From contig OX597833.1 of NCBI GenBank assembly GCA_951406725.2, forward strand, positions 14,818,001 through 14,882,000: a stretch of 64,000 nt of DNA, written 5' to 3'. The translations under genes and the position numbers were made by a program. This DNA is from Octopus vulgaris. Taxonomy: Eukaryota. Of this stretch, positions 41,150 through 55,208 are shown piece by piece. A model generated the notes under the pieces. The model did not search any database, was not told the DNA's origin, and saw only the letters and a list, made by a program, of their open reading frames with translations. Every line of letters starts with the position of its first letter. Position 1 is the first letter of the stretch.

Positions 41150-41398
41150 ATGCGCCCTTTTAAAGCCTAGCCAGGCTCATGCTCCCGGTTTCCCGGTTTC
41201 AATGGCGTATGTATTCCCCACCTGGACGGCACGCCAGTCCATCGCAGAGTTACTCATTTTTGCCAGCCGAGTGGACTGGAGCAACGTGAAATGAAGTGTT
41301 TTTCTTAAGAACACAACGCGTCGACCAGTCCAGGAATCGAAACCACAATCTTACGATCATGTTACTGACACCCTAACCACTAAGCCACACGCCTCCAC
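41150..41398 (-). mobile_element. tRNA-derived SINE with CORE-like domain
   Basis: Head gtggaggcgtgtggcttagtggttaggg; related copy at 61283-61440 (plus). Confidence 0.75.
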
Positions 41399-41830
41399 AT
41401 ATATGTATATATGTATGCATATACACATGCACACACAAGTTTCCCACTCTTTTCACTTCTGACTTCATCCACAAGGCATTTGTCAGAGCGTAGTTATATT
41501 AAGAGTCACCTGCCGACGTTTTGGCACAGTGGGACTGGATCTGACGCCATTCCTATATGGTGGCTGTAGGAAAACCATGTCAGAGAAAGGTACCTTCAGA
41601 AGACAGGCATGCTGGGAAAGCAATCATTTGAGTGACTGAGTAGCGGTTGAGCAAGACGAGCCAGCTCCCTATACTATAATTGAATAGTATAGTATCGGAG
41701 TAGCAAATGAAATAAACGAGATACCTTAGACGTCAGTCGACAGATCTCTGTTTTATAGTCTAGGTAGCAGACTTTATCCCCATCGGCCATTTTGTCTTTC
41801 TTTGAAGGTTGTCAAAAATGATAGCAATGT

Positions 41831-42217
41831 GGATGGAAGCACTCCGTCGGTTACGACGACGAGGGTTCCGGTTGATCCGAATCAACGGAACAGCCTGCTC
41901 GTGAAATTAACGTGTGAGTGGCTGAGCACTCCACAGACACGTGTACCCTTAACGTAGTTCTCGGGGATATTCAGCGTGACACAGAGAGTGACAAGGCCGG
42001 CCCTTTGAAATACAGGTACAGCAGAAACAGGAAGCAAGAGTGAGAGAAAGTTGTGGCGAAAGAGTACAGCAGGGATCACCACCATCCCCTGCCGGAGCCT
42101 CGTGGAGCTTTTAGGTGTTTTCGCTCAATAAACACTCACAACGCCCGGTCTGGGAATCGAAACCGCGATCCTACGACCGCGAGTCCGCTGCCCTAACCAC
42201 TGGGACATTGCACCTCC
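41831..42217 (-). mobile_element. SINE family A with 11-bp TSD
   Basis: TSD gatagcaa[t/c]gt at 41820-41830 and 42218-42228. Confidence 0.9.
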
Positions 42218-42588
42218 GATAGCAACGTAACACATACGTAAATATGGCTACATGCATCAGTTGTCGGCCTCAGCATTTGGTTCGCAGATGGTAGACAAAA
42301 TTGCTGTTCAGTATTTATGTTACAGATGTGTATTCCGCAAGCGAGCTCATCAATAATCTTGAAATATGGTATTTGTAACGAATACCACACAGTAGCTGAC
42401 TGCAGATGCGCTGTTATTCTTAAAGAGATGACCGAAGTGTTTCAACCACATTTATTGCGATTTCGCTTTAATCTCTGCGAAAAAGGCCAAGATTAACAAA
42501 TTGTTTTTGTGATATAAGTATATATATATATATGTATATATATATATGATATGTATGTGTATGTATATGTATATGTATATGTATATTA

Positions 42589-42620
<32 letters not shown>

Positions 42621-42797
42621 AGTATATATATATACATATGTATGTATATATATATATGTGTATATGTATATATATATATATATAAGTATATATATACATA
42701 TGTATGTATATATATATGTATATGTATATATATATAAGTATATATATACATATGTATATATATATATGATATGTATGTATATGAATATGTATATGTA

Positions 42798-42877
<80 letters not shown>

Positions 42878-43513
42878 AAACTTAGATAAAACTTAGATAT
42901 GTTTCGACCAGAGATTGGTCCAGGCCATGTCTAACTTAATAGCACCACCTGATAGGATTATTCGAATCCTGTTTAAGTCAAGTTTTGTTCAAGTAGTGAG
43001 TTCTTGTTGGGTGAGTTGTATCCAATTATGGGTGGCTTGTCTGGTATTCTTTGAAGGAATCCATCCAGACTCTGTTTGAAGTTGATGGGATCCTTTTCCT
43101 CTTTGATCTCCCTCGGGACAATGTTAAATAGGGCAGGGCCTGTTGAGGAAAAGAAATTATGTTGCAGTGTACATGTATGTTGTGATCTTGAATTTGGCAG
43201 GGGACGTATAGCCCGTGGTCCAAGTCTCGGATGAACCTTGAAGCTAATGTTTAGGTCGTTTGGGCAAAGTTGGCGGTATATTTTCCACATCGTACAAATG
43301 ATGTACCGCTCACGGCGACGCTGGAGGGAGTAAAGTTTCAAGGCTTTAAGGCGATCCCAATAGTCGAGAGCAGCCATGCCTTCAATTTGTTTAGTGAGAG
43401 CCCCCTGGGGTGACTCAATTCTGGAGATGTTTTGTCTTGTGTGAGGAGACCACAGTGGGCAGCAGTATTCAAGGTGTGGCCGTACAAAGGATGAAAAAAG
43501 TGGTATGATGACA

Positions 43514-43515
<2 letters not shown>
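42878..43515 (-). mobile_element. L2/CR1-group LINE 3' fragment in (TA)n
   Basis: ORF 42973..43377 (LDYWDRLKALKLYSLQRRRERY...LFNIVP...FKQSLDGFL); upstream HLEYCCPLWSP motif. Confidence 0.8.
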
Positions 43516-43578
<63 letters not shown>

Positions 43579-44034
43579 AGTATATATATATATGTATACG
43601 TATGTATGTATGTATGCGTGTATATGTGATCACTTCTGGTTTGCAGTGAGTTTTATATATGGGAATGAAGCCTTGATACAAAAAGATTAAGAAGAAATAC
43701 AAATAATTCACACAAATACACTCGACTGAAATTCGATTCTGCTGAGATCATGGAATCCATGGAACATATACACGGTATTTTCGAACATAACCTCCTCGCA
43801 AGTAAGATTAGAATATATGTGTACGAACAAACAATGTTCTCATTTACACTATTGATATAAACGGAAGTTAAATTGCTTCGATATTGCATTCATCAAACCC
43901 GAAACATTTGGCTTTTTTACAGTGCTTCATTTTTAATAGGTTATATTTGATACAAAGTCAACAACTTAAATACACCATATTAGTATTTGTTAATCCTCTT
44001 TTTTTCTATCTATACGGAATTAGTTTACTGAATA

Positions 44035-44425
44035 GTGGAGGCGCAGCGGCCCAGGGGTTAGGGCAGCCGACTCGCGGTCGTAGGATCGCGGTTTCGATTT
44101 CCAGACCGGGCGTTGTGAGTGTTTATTGAGCGAAAACACCTAAAAGCTCCACGAGGCTCCGGCAAGGGATGGTGGTGATCCCTGCTGTACTCTTTCACCA
44201 CAACTTTCTCTCACTCTTACTTCCTGTTTCTGTTGTACCTTGTATTTCAAAGGGCCAGCCTTGTCACTCTCTGTGTCACGCTGAATATCCCCGAGAACTA
44301 CGTTAAGGGTACACGTGTCTGTGGAGTGCTCAGCCACTTACACGTTAATTTCACGAGCAGGCTGTTCCGTTGATTCGGATCAACCGGAACCCACATCGTC
44401 GTAACTGACGGAGTGCTTCCTTTAA
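44035..44425 (+). mobile_element. SINE family A with 13-bp TSD
   Basis: TSD agtttactgaata at 44022-44034 and 44426-44438. Confidence 0.9.
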
Positions 44426-44639
44426 AGTTTACTGAATAATACGCATAGAACTAATAAAAAAATAATCCAAGCCTGTTTTAGGAATTATCTGGTTTATGAA
44501 GTTATACGTCTTTATTTTTCTTTTTGCAGGAGCTTGACAGAGATGATCCTTGAACTCTGCTGTGCATTCACACGAAATTTTAATGTTTTAGCTCACTTCC
44601 GCTGTTTAGAGCAGTGCTTGGAAGGAAGGTGTGTAGCGT

Positions 44640-44830
44640 GTCATGGTCGTATTGACCATAACAGAGAAAGCTGAAATGGCCATACCAGCTCAGACACCTG
44701 CGCAAATTTGCAGAAAGTGTACGGAGAGGAGTTTATGAAATGCACAGAAATGTATTAGTGGTTTAAACGTTTCCAAGATAACCAAAAAATGCCGATATTT
44801 ACGAACGTTCTGCGAGACCCGCAACCAGAA
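44640..44830 (+). pseudogene. Mariner transposase N-terminal (HTH) relic
   Basis: Hand translation ...TCANLQKVYGEEFMKCTEMY*WFKRFQD...ERSARP, matching the mariner LxxxYG...WFKRF...RSGRP pattern. Confidence 0.65.
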
Positions 44831-44833
44831 ACA

Positions 44834-45213
44834 TGGTGGCGCAATGGCTCAGTGGTTAGGGCAGCGGACTCGCGGTCATAGGATCGCGGTTTCGATCCCA
44901 GACCGGGCGTTGTGAGTGTTTATTGAGCGAAAACACCTAAAAGCTCCACGAGGCTCCGGCAGGGGATGGTGGTGATCCCTGCTGTACTCTTTCACCACAA
45001 CATTCTCTCAGTCATACTTCCTGTTTCTGTTGTACCTGTATTTCAAGGGGCCGGCCTTGTCACTCTCTGTGTCACGCTGAATATCCCCGAGAACTACGTT
45101 AAGGGTGCACGTGTCTGTGGAGTGCTCAGCCACTTACACGTTAATTTCACGAGCAGGCTGTTCCGTTGATTCGGATCAACCGGAACCCTCATCGTCGTAA
45201 CCGACGGAGTGCT
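44834..45213 (+). mobile_element. SINE family A (duplicated at 48437-48816)
   Basis: Full-length match to family A. Confidence 0.9.
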
Positions 45214-45658
45214 AAAAAAAAACCAAAGTGCTGGTGTTTCTCCTTTCTCTACCGACTGTATTCGGGGCTTCACATTTTTACAGAGAACCCATTTCTCATT
45301 ACCAGTCACTATTTGTTCGCAAAAAAGGTTAATTAGTGATAAGTAACGGCAAAGAAGAGTAAAAGAGTATTATTATTATTATTATTATCATTATTATTAT
45401 TATTACTACTACTACTATTACTACTACTACTATTACTACTACTACTCTCTGCGGGCAATTAGACTGGTTGAAGTGACAAACAGTTGAAATTGATAGGAAG
45501 AGACCGTAAAGCAAAAAGATAACTGGCAACGACGTGGTTTGATAAAGCAACGGCAAGATGAGTCCTTATATGACCATTACCTCAGAAACGGGAGATTACT
45601 ATACATCGTGTAGCAGATTAAACGTATATAATAATAATGATGATGATGATGGTGGTGG

Positions 45659-45693
<35 letters not shown>

Positions 45694-45696
45694 GTA

Positions 45697-45738
<42 letters not shown>

Positions 45739-45741
45739 GTA

Positions 45742-45786
<45 letters not shown>

Positions 45787-45813
45787 GTAATGATGATGAT
45801 GATGATGATGGTA

Positions 45814-45846
<33 letters not shown>

Positions 45847-45885
45847 GTAATGATGATGACGATGATGATGATGATGAGGAGGAGG

Positions 45886-45930
<45 letters not shown>

Positions 45931-45990
45931 GTAATGGTGATGATGATAATGATGATGGTGCTGATAGTAGTAGTAGTAGTAGTAGTAGTA

Positions 45991-46032
<42 letters not shown>

Positions 46033-46039
46033 TTAATAA

Positions 46040-46357
46040 TAATAGCGGCTGATTCTTACCTAGCTCAGATACCAGGAAATCCTATAATGGCAGAAATTCA
46101 AAAGATATTGCTTATGGAAACTGCCCATATCCTACGCAAAATACTTTCTATGTAATCTGAAATTTTAAAACAAACACATAATTTTATTATGGTTTCTTAA
46201 ACACTCTCTAGAACAACACTATGTAAAAAACCAAATATATATATATATAACACCCTAGGCATAACATCAACATGAAATTCTAACTTGTTGAATCTTGATA
46301 TCTCTAGATGAGACTTGGAGGCAACTTGTACAAATGTAAAGCAAAAGTGAAACATAA

Positions 46358-46424
<67 letters not shown>

Positions 46425-46550
46425 GCATCATAGCAAAAGGGGCTGATAGCTACCTAACTAAGATACCGGGAAACCCAAAAATGGCAGAAATTCAAAAGAT
46501 AGTGCTCATGGGAACTGCTCATATCCTACGCAAAGTACTTTCTATGTAAT
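46040..46550 (+). mobile_element. Two short R4/Dong 3'-end fragments between (AAT)n tracts (repeated at 49640-50340)
   Basis: YLAQIPGNPIMAEIQKILLMETAHILRKILSM* and a paralogous copy, each followed by (TAA)n. Confidence 0.8.
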
Positions 46551-46553
46551 CTA

Positions 46554-46585
<32 letters not shown>

Positions 46586-46587
46586 TG

Positions 46588-46681
<94 letters not shown>

Positions 46682-46716
46682 TAGTAATAATAATGATAAT
46701 AATAATAATAATAATG

Positions 46717-46813
<97 letters not shown>

Positions 46814-46826
46814 TAATAATAATAAG

Positions 46827-47250
46827 CATATATCACTTCTTTATATTCTTCCCGGTTCCATTTAATTCTTTTCCTTTTTTTGATTTTCTGGTCGTTGTGG
46901 TGGTGAACTTTGGGGGCTTAATTTGGGACAAATCCCGTTTAAGTGACCTTCCAGGTTCGTATTCGGGGAAGATATTCTGCCATTTGAAAATTTTTTGCCA
47001 TCAGGCTGGCAGCCTCCTAAGGGGCGCGCTTCCTTTATAACCATTGGACAAGCGATTCGGGGTACTGTTAGAAATTTTCTTTTCAAGTAAAGTTAAATTA
47101 TTATTAAGTTTTCATTAAAAAAAAAATAATAATAATAAAATAGAAGATAAAAAAAATTAAAATAATAACCTGATAATAGGTTTAGGCTTTTGTTTTGGGG
47201 GGTGAGGGTCGTAAATCACTTCCTAGTTTCGGCGGAGGGGAGGTTGAAAT
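46827..47250 (-). mobile_element. Probable 5' end of an R4/Dong-like element (repeated at ~50421-50845)
   Basis: Minus-strand KRKRIKWNREEYKEVIYAYYY resembles the N-terminal Myb-like motif of R4/Dong ORFs. Confidence 0.5.
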
Positions 47251-47486
47251 TTGATATTATTGTGATGAGTGGTCAGTCTACATCTATCCACCACTACAAG
47301 TTTATAGCTTTATGTTTATAGTGTGTATGTGCGTGCATATACACACATATACATATATACATACATACATGCATACACAGGCGTATGTACGTACATACAA
47401 ACATACATACATGCATACATGCGTGTATGCATACATACACACATACATACGTACATATATATGACGAACTAACTGTTACTTTCTCA

Positions 47487-47634
47487 GATGCAGCACGGAT
47501 TTTTGTCAGTGAACAGGTCGCGGATTTTAGCGATGAAAATATTTTGACAAATTAAACTTAAATGTTGAAGTGAATCGAACGGCTTTTGTGTGTTTCTTAA
47601 ATGGCTTATAAACACCTTCCACGCTGTAATTGTT
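47487..47634 (+). mobile_element. Family C HHR element, 3'-truncated (HHR 47502-47551; duplicate at 51081-51227)
   Basis: gatgcagcacgg start; GTGAACA core; GTCGC/GCGAT stem II. Confidence 0.75.
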
Positions 47635-48238
47635 AAAATAAAAGATTTAACCACTAAATTTCATATAGAGGCCTCAGTTATCATCATTAGCAGCAGCAGC
47701 AGCCCCTGTGGTTGTAGCAGCAGCAATAGCATTGTCAGCAGTTGGAGCGGCAGTGGTAGTAGCAATAGTAATGGCCGCCCCAAAATGCCGATTCTGTAAC
47801 GATGAGATTGAAACAATAGACCACCTAATCTTAGGGTGTAGAGTCTTAGCACCTGCAGAATATAAAGCAAGACATGACAGAGCCGGCCAGTATTTACACT
47901 GGACAATATGTCGGCATTATAAAATCAAAACCGCTGACAAATGGTATAAACATCATCCTGAAGCTGTGACTGAGGGAGAAAATGTGTCGATTCTATGGGA
48001 CTTCCCCGTACATACCGACAGAACTATAAAAGCTAATAAACCGGATATCATTATAAAAGATCAGACAAAAAAGGATGTGTTTATTAATTGACATGATTAT
48101 TCCTTGTGATCACAATATAGCGGCGAAAGAATTTGACAAGATTAGTAAATATAAAGACCTGCTAATGGAAACTGAGAAAATGTGGCATCTCAAGGCGACT
48201 ACAGTACCAGTGATTGTAGGATCTCTAGGAATGATAAA

Positions 48239-48338
48239 NNNNNNNNNNNNNNNNNNNNNNNNNNNNNNNNNNNNNNNNNNNNNNNNNNNNNNNNNNNNNN
48301 NNNNNNNNNNNNNNNNNNNNNNNNNNNNNNNNNNNNNN
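48239..48338. other. Assembly gap (100 N)
   Basis: Direct reading. Confidence 1.
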
Positions 48339-49258
48339 TGAAATGCACAGAAATGTATTAGTGGTTTAAACGTTTCCAAGATAACCAAAAAATGCCGATA
48401 TTTACGAACGTTCTGCGAGACCCGCAACCAGAAACATGGTGGCGCAATGGCTCAGTGGTTAGGGCAGCGGACTCGCGGTCATAGGATCGCGGTTTCGATC
48501 CCAGACGGGCGTTGTGAGTGTTTATTGAGCGAAAACACCTAAAAAAGCTCCACGAGGCTCCGGCAGGGGATGGTGGTGATCCCTGCTGTACTCTTTCACC
48601 ACAACATTCTCTCAGTCATACTTCCTGTTTCTGTTGTACCTGTATTTCAAGGGGCCGGCCTTGTCACTCTCTGTGTCACGCTGAATATCCCCGAGAACTA
48701 CGTTAAGGGTGCACGTGTCTGTGGAGTGCTCAGCCACTTACACGTTAATTTCACGAGCAGGCTGTTCCGTTGATTCGGATCAACCGGAACCCTCATCGTC
48801 GTAACCGACGGAGTGCTAAAAAACCAAAGTGCTGGTGTTTCTCCTTTCTCTACCGACTGTATTCGGGGCTTCACATTTTTACAGAGAACCCATTTCTCAT
48901 TACCAGTCACTATTTGTTCGCAAAAAGGTTAATTAGTGATAAGTAACGGCAAAGAAGAGTAAAAGAGTATTATTATTATTATTATTATCATTATTATTAT
49001 TATTACTACTACTACTATTACTACTACTACTATTACTACTACTACTCTCTGCGGGCAATTAGACTGGTTGAAGTGACAAACAGTTGAAATTGATAGGAAG
49101 AGACCGTAAAGCAAAAAGATAACTGGCAACGACGTGGTTTGATAAAGCAACGGCAAGATGAGTCCTTATATGACCATTACCTCAGAAACGGGAGATTACT
49201 ATACATCGTGTAGCAGATTAAACGTATATAATAATAATGATGATGATGATGGTGGTGG

Positions 49259-49293
<35 letters not shown>

Positions 49294-49296
49294 GTA

Positions 49297-49338
<42 letters not shown>

Positions 49339-49341
49339 GTA

Positions 49342-49386
<45 letters not shown>

Positions 49387-49413
49387 GTAATGATGATGAT
49401 GATGATGATGGTA

Positions 49414-49446
<33 letters not shown>

Positions 49447-49485
49447 GTAATGATGATGACGATGATGATGATGATGAGGAGGAGG

Positions 49486-49533
<48 letters not shown>

Positions 49534-49590
49534 GTGGTGATGATGATAATGATGATGGTGCTGATAGTAGTAGTAGTAGTAGTAGTAGTA

Positions 49591-49632
<42 letters not shown>

Positions 49633-49957
49633 TTAATAATAATAGCGGCTGATTGCTACCTAGCGCAGATACCAGGAAATCCTATAATGGCAGAAATTCA
49701 AAAGATATTGCTTATGGAAACTGCCCATATCCTACGCAAAATACTTTCTATGTAATCTGAAATTTTAAAACAAACACATAATTTTATTATGGTTTCTTAA
49801 ACACTCTCTAGAACAACACTATGTAAAAAACCAAATATATATATATATAACACCCTAGGCATAACATCAACATGAAATTCTAACTTGTTGAATCTTGATA
49901 TCTCTAGATGAGACTTGGAGGCAACTTGTACAAATGTAAAGCAAAAGTGAAACATAA

Positions 49958-50024
<67 letters not shown>

Positions 50025-50372
50025 GCATCATAGCAAAAGGGGCTGATAGCTACCTAACTAAGATACCGGGAAACCCAAAAATGGCAGAAATTCAAAAGAT
50101 AGTGCTCATGGGAACTGCTCATATCCTACGCAAAGTACTTTCTATGTAATCTCAAGGTTTAAAACAAACAATTTTCGGTTAAAAAAAAAAAAAATTTTTT
50201 TAGACATTCATTAGTACAACACCAAAAACTCCCCCAAATATATGGCACACTAGGCATAACAACAACATGTTGTCTCTTGAGGTCTCTGGGTGAGACTTGG
50301 AGCCAACTTGTACAAATATAAAGCAAAAGTCAAACATAGAATAATAATAGTAATAATAATAATAATAATAAC

Positions 50373-50407
<35 letters not shown>

Positions 50408-51365
50408 TAATAATAATAAGCATATATCACTTCTTTATATTCTTCCCGGTTCCATTTAATTCTTTTCCTTTTTTTGATTTTCTGGTCGTTGTGGTGGTGA
50501 ACTTTGGGGGCTTAATTTGGGACAAATCCCGTTTAAGTGACCTTCCAGGTTCGTATTCGGGGAAGATATTCTGCCATTTGAAAATTTTTTGCCATCAGGC
50601 TGGCAGCCTCCTAAGGGGCGCGCTTCCTTTATAACCATTGGACAAGCGATTCGGGGTACTGTTAGAAATTTTCTTTTCAAGTAAAGTTAAATTATTATTA
50701 AGTTTTCATTAAAAAAAAAATAATAATAATAAAATAGAAGATAAAAAAAATTAAAATAATAACCTGATAATAGGTTTAGGCTTTTGTTTTGGGGGGTGAG
50801 GGTCGTAAATCACTTCCTAGTTTCGGCGGAGGGGAGGTTGAAATTTGATATTATTGTGATGAGTGGTCAGTCTACATCTATCCACCACTACAAGTTTATA
50901 GCTTTATGTTTATAGTGTGTATGTGCGTGCATATACACACATATACATATATACATACATACATGCATACACAGGCGTATGTACGTACATACAAACATAC
51001 ATACATGCATACATGCGTGTATGCATACATACACACATACATACGTACATATATATGACGAACTAACTGTTACTTTCTCAGATGCAGCACGGATTTTTGT
51101 CAGTGAACAGGTCGCGGATTTTAGCGATGAAAATATTTTGACAAATTAAACTTAAATGTTGAAGTGAATCGAACGGCTTTTGTGTGTTTCTTAAATGGCT
51201 TACAAACACCTTCCACGCTGCAATTGTTAAAATAAAAGATTTAACCACTAAATTTCATATAGAGGCCTCATTTATCATCATTAGCAGCAGCAGCAGCCCC
51301 TGTAGTTGTAGCAGCAGCAATATCATTGTCAGCAGTTGGAGCGGCAGTGGTAGTAGCAATAGTAA

Positions 51366-52109
51366 TAGCCGCCCCAAAATGCCGATTCTTTAACGATGAG
51401 ATTGAAACAATAGACCACCTAATCTTAGGGTGTAGAGTCTTAGCACCTGCAGAATATAAAGCAAGACATGACAGAGTCGGCCAGTATTTACACTGGACAA
51501 TATGTCGGCATTATAAAATCAAAACCGCTGACAAATGGTATAAACATCATCCTGAAGCTGTGACTGAGGGAGAAAATGTGTCGATTCTATGGGACTTCCC
51601 CGTACATACCGACAGAACTATAAAAGCTAATAAACCGGATATCATCATAAAAGATCAGACAAAAAAGATGTGTTTATTAATTGACATGATTATTCCTTGT
51701 GATCACAATATAGCGGCGAAAGAATTTGACAAGATTAGTAAATATAAAGACCTGCTAATGGAAACTGAGAAAATGTGGCATCTCAAGGCGACTACAGTAC
51801 CAGTGATTGTAGGATCTCTAGGAATGATAAAAAAAGGTACTGGAACCTATTTGAAAATTATTCCAGGCTTACCATCCCTACAGGAAGTGCAAAAAATCGT
51901 ATTAACTGGAACGGCTCATGTACTGAGAAGAGCACTATCGCTGTGAAAATAACATCCATCCATGAATTTATTTAATTTTAAATACATATTTTATCTGTGA
52001 ATTTGCGCGCGTAATCTGGGAATGCATACAATGCCATTCTCTGCCCTAGGTGTATGGAAAACCCTCTAGGCGAGAAACGGAAGAAAATTTGAAGAAAGTA
52101 GGAAAAAAC

Positions 52110-52110
<1 letters not shown>
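51366..52110 (+). mobile_element. R4/Dong-type retrotransposon 3' fragment (CCHC finger + REL endonuclease + 3' UTR + (TAA)n); partial duplicate at 47772-48238
   Basis: ORF 51326..51946: CRF[F/C]...HLILGC, RHD, ILWD, KPDIII, LID, KISKYKDL, PVIVGSLG motifs. Confidence 0.88.
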
Positions 52111-52171
<61 letters not shown>

Positions 52172-52364
52172 CTCGACAGTTCTCAAAAGCGAGAATACTA
52201 AAAATGAATCCGGCCGCTGTCAAAAATTCGAGCAAGTCGCGCACATATCGTTGTGAAGCATGTGCCTGGCGTATCCTTATCAGACGGGTAGTCATGATGG
52301 GTATACTGGGCTGCGTATATTTTACTTCAGTGTCACTTTCATGGCATGCACTGCACTGTCACTC

Positions 52365-52477
<113 letters not shown>

Positions 52478-53100
52478 TGATGATAAAATAATAATAACAA
52501 TAAGAAGAAGAAAAAGAAGAAGGAGAAGAAGAAGAAGAAGAAGAAGAAGAAGAAGAAGAAGAAAAAGAACAAGGAGAAGAACAAGAAGAAACAGAAGAAG
52601 AAGGAAAAGAAGAAGAAGAAGAAGAAGAAGAAAAAAGAAGACGAAGAAGAAGAAGAGGAAAGAGAAGAAGAAGAAGAAAAAGAAGAAGAAAAAGAAGAAA
52701 AAAGAAAAAGAAGAAGAAGAAGAAAAAGAACAAGGAGAAGAAAAAGAAGAGAAAGAGGAAGAAAAAGAAGAAAAAGAAGAAAAAGAAGAAGAAGGAGGAG
52801 AAGAAGAAGAAGAAGAAGAAGAAGAAGAAGAAGAAGAGTAATTATAACTACTACAACTAATCACAGTAATCCTTTCCAATATACGCACAACGACAGAAAT
52901 TTTGCAGGAAGGGGCCGGGCGATTTTATCGCTCTCAAGGCTCAGTGGTCACATATTTGGTTGATCCTGACAGGAATGAAAGGTACAGTCGACATCTCTGG
53001 CGTTTGAACTCAAAAAAGCAAAGCCAGACAAAACGTCGGTGTACTAATGACCATGCTGTTGTTAGTATCTGCATAAATAATTTGATGCTATTAAAGTATG

Positions 53101-53171
<71 letters not shown>

Positions 53172-53278
53172 TCGGGGTGAGTACTTGATAATTATAAGCA
53201 CCTGTGTATACCGTTTGGTGGTGTAGGTGGTGGAGTAAATTGATCAAAATAAAATAAAAACATGATGCGAAGGATTCA

Positions 53279-53356
53279 GCGGTACATATGTTTCGGGCCT
53301 TTATTAGACAGATTTATAACAATGCATAATGTATGTCTGTGGCCTTCTTCAGCCGC
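53279..53356 (-). ncRNA. Type I hammerhead ribozyme (canonical core) in PLE 3' region
   Basis: Minus strand gcgg-CTGAAGA-aGGCC...GGCCc-GAA-ACATATGT-A-ccgc; GUA site; palindromic stem III. Confidence 0.8.
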
Positions 53357-55208
53357 GCACAACAGCTTCCACAAGGACATGTGTTACATCAAAAATTCTT
53401 GGTTGGGGATGCAAATCCTCTCATTCACGTACGACATAATGCGGCAGCAGCATAGAATTGAAGCGTCCATCTCTTTCCTCTCTCAATGTAGAATGAGGAA
53501 AATTGGATGTTGAGGTAATGTAAATAAATAAATACATATATAGAGGTGAAGATGGAGGGGCGAGAGTTCGGGACGAGGGATAAAAAATGTATAAAAAGTG
53601 TAAGTATAGAATAATATAAAAATGTAGAGGATAAAGATATAAAGAGTTGTAAGGAGATGTAAAGGGGGTATAAAGAAATATAAAGAAATATAAATAAATG
53701 TAAAGGCATAAGGTTATAAAGTAAAAATAGAAATAGAAATAAAAGTAAAAAAACCTGATAAAAACATGATAAAAGTGTAAAAGAATGTAAAGATAAGGGA
53801 TGTATAGAGGTTACGGACCAAGCATGGTGGTCAGGAGATTGATAAAATTTAATTGTAGAATTGTCAGTAAATCAACAGTTTCGTCTGGGGACCTAATGCG
53901 TTGTAAATCAGAGCTGATGAGCATTTAATCTGGTTCCTTGAATTAAATGGACTTCTAGTACATACACATCATCATGGATACATACACCCACATACATGCG
54001 TACATATACGCCTCCAAGCCTATAAGCATACACACGCACTCGCGTGTAAACACGTACATAAACACACACGCACCCACATGCACGCGCGTACACACACATA
54101 CATACAACAGAATATCCGCATGTATACACGGACATTATACGCGTACACACTCACATGTATATACGCGCGCCCATCACTACATACACACACGTATATGCCC
54201 ACGCCTCTAGGTCTAGGTATAAGATATTAAAGGATGTGTATAAGAACGTATGTAAAGAATCCCGTACTCATGTCTATACGTGCACGCACACACGGCTGTG
54301 TGTCCGTATGTGCGTGCACATATACACTCACACACACACACAGAGACACACGCGCACATGGGTATATCCATAAGATATCGAAGTATGCATGTACACATAT
54401 GCGCGTGCGTATGTATGTATGCGTATACACACGTACGCGGACTCTCGTATAGTCAAAAAGTGGATCCATAGGTAAGTAAATAAACATATATAGAGGTGTA
54501 AAGCGATAAGTTATGGGTAAGAATGAGGGTAAGGGTAAAGATTATAAATAAAAAATACAGTATAAAATAAGAAATACGATGTAATAGTTAGAAATGAAAT
54601 ATAAGAATTATAAAAATTATAAGAGTTAAGGTAAGGGATGAAAATAAAAATGAGAATAAATGGGAGTAGAATAAAAGTAAAAATAAAATTAAAAATAAAA
54701 ATAAATGGAAGTAGGATAAAAGTAAAAATAAAAGTAAAAATAAAAATAAAAATAAAATAAAATAAGATAAAAATATAATTTGGTAAAGTTTAACATGAGA
54801 TGAAGGTGGTTGAAAGTTAGAGGTGTGTGTTAAACGTAGGGGCGGGCGGGAGGAACTGAAAATTGGAAGGGTGGGAAGTGGAGTTTGGCGGTGTGCGTTC
54901 AACATCCGAGTTAGAAATGTGAAAGGGTATAGATATAGGGAAAAGAAGTCATATATGGGAGACAAAATTTGTATATATAGGAGGAAAATGCAGGGAACCG
55001 TATATGCACATACACACACCCACACACACACACACACACGCACATGTACATATATATATATATGTACACATACGTACACGTATGTGCACATACATACGCA
55101 CACACACACACATACGCATATACACGCACATATAGGAAAGCGGGATGTGCTGGAGCCGACAGGTTGCACCGGGTGGGAGGAAATTGCATGGGGGAGTTGG
55201 TATAAGAC

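Larger units (their letters stand above)
44736..51831 (+). repeat. Direct duplication (44736-48238 and 48339-51831) straddling a 100-N gap
   Basis: Near-identical copies abutting the gap on both sides. Confidence 0.9.

Noticed and set aside
53875-53955. CTGATGAG plus stem on one strand and GAAAC on the other within the PLE arm (mirror 57640-57720)
   Set aside because: Core halves are not on the same strand in the right order, so no complete hammerhead can be folded
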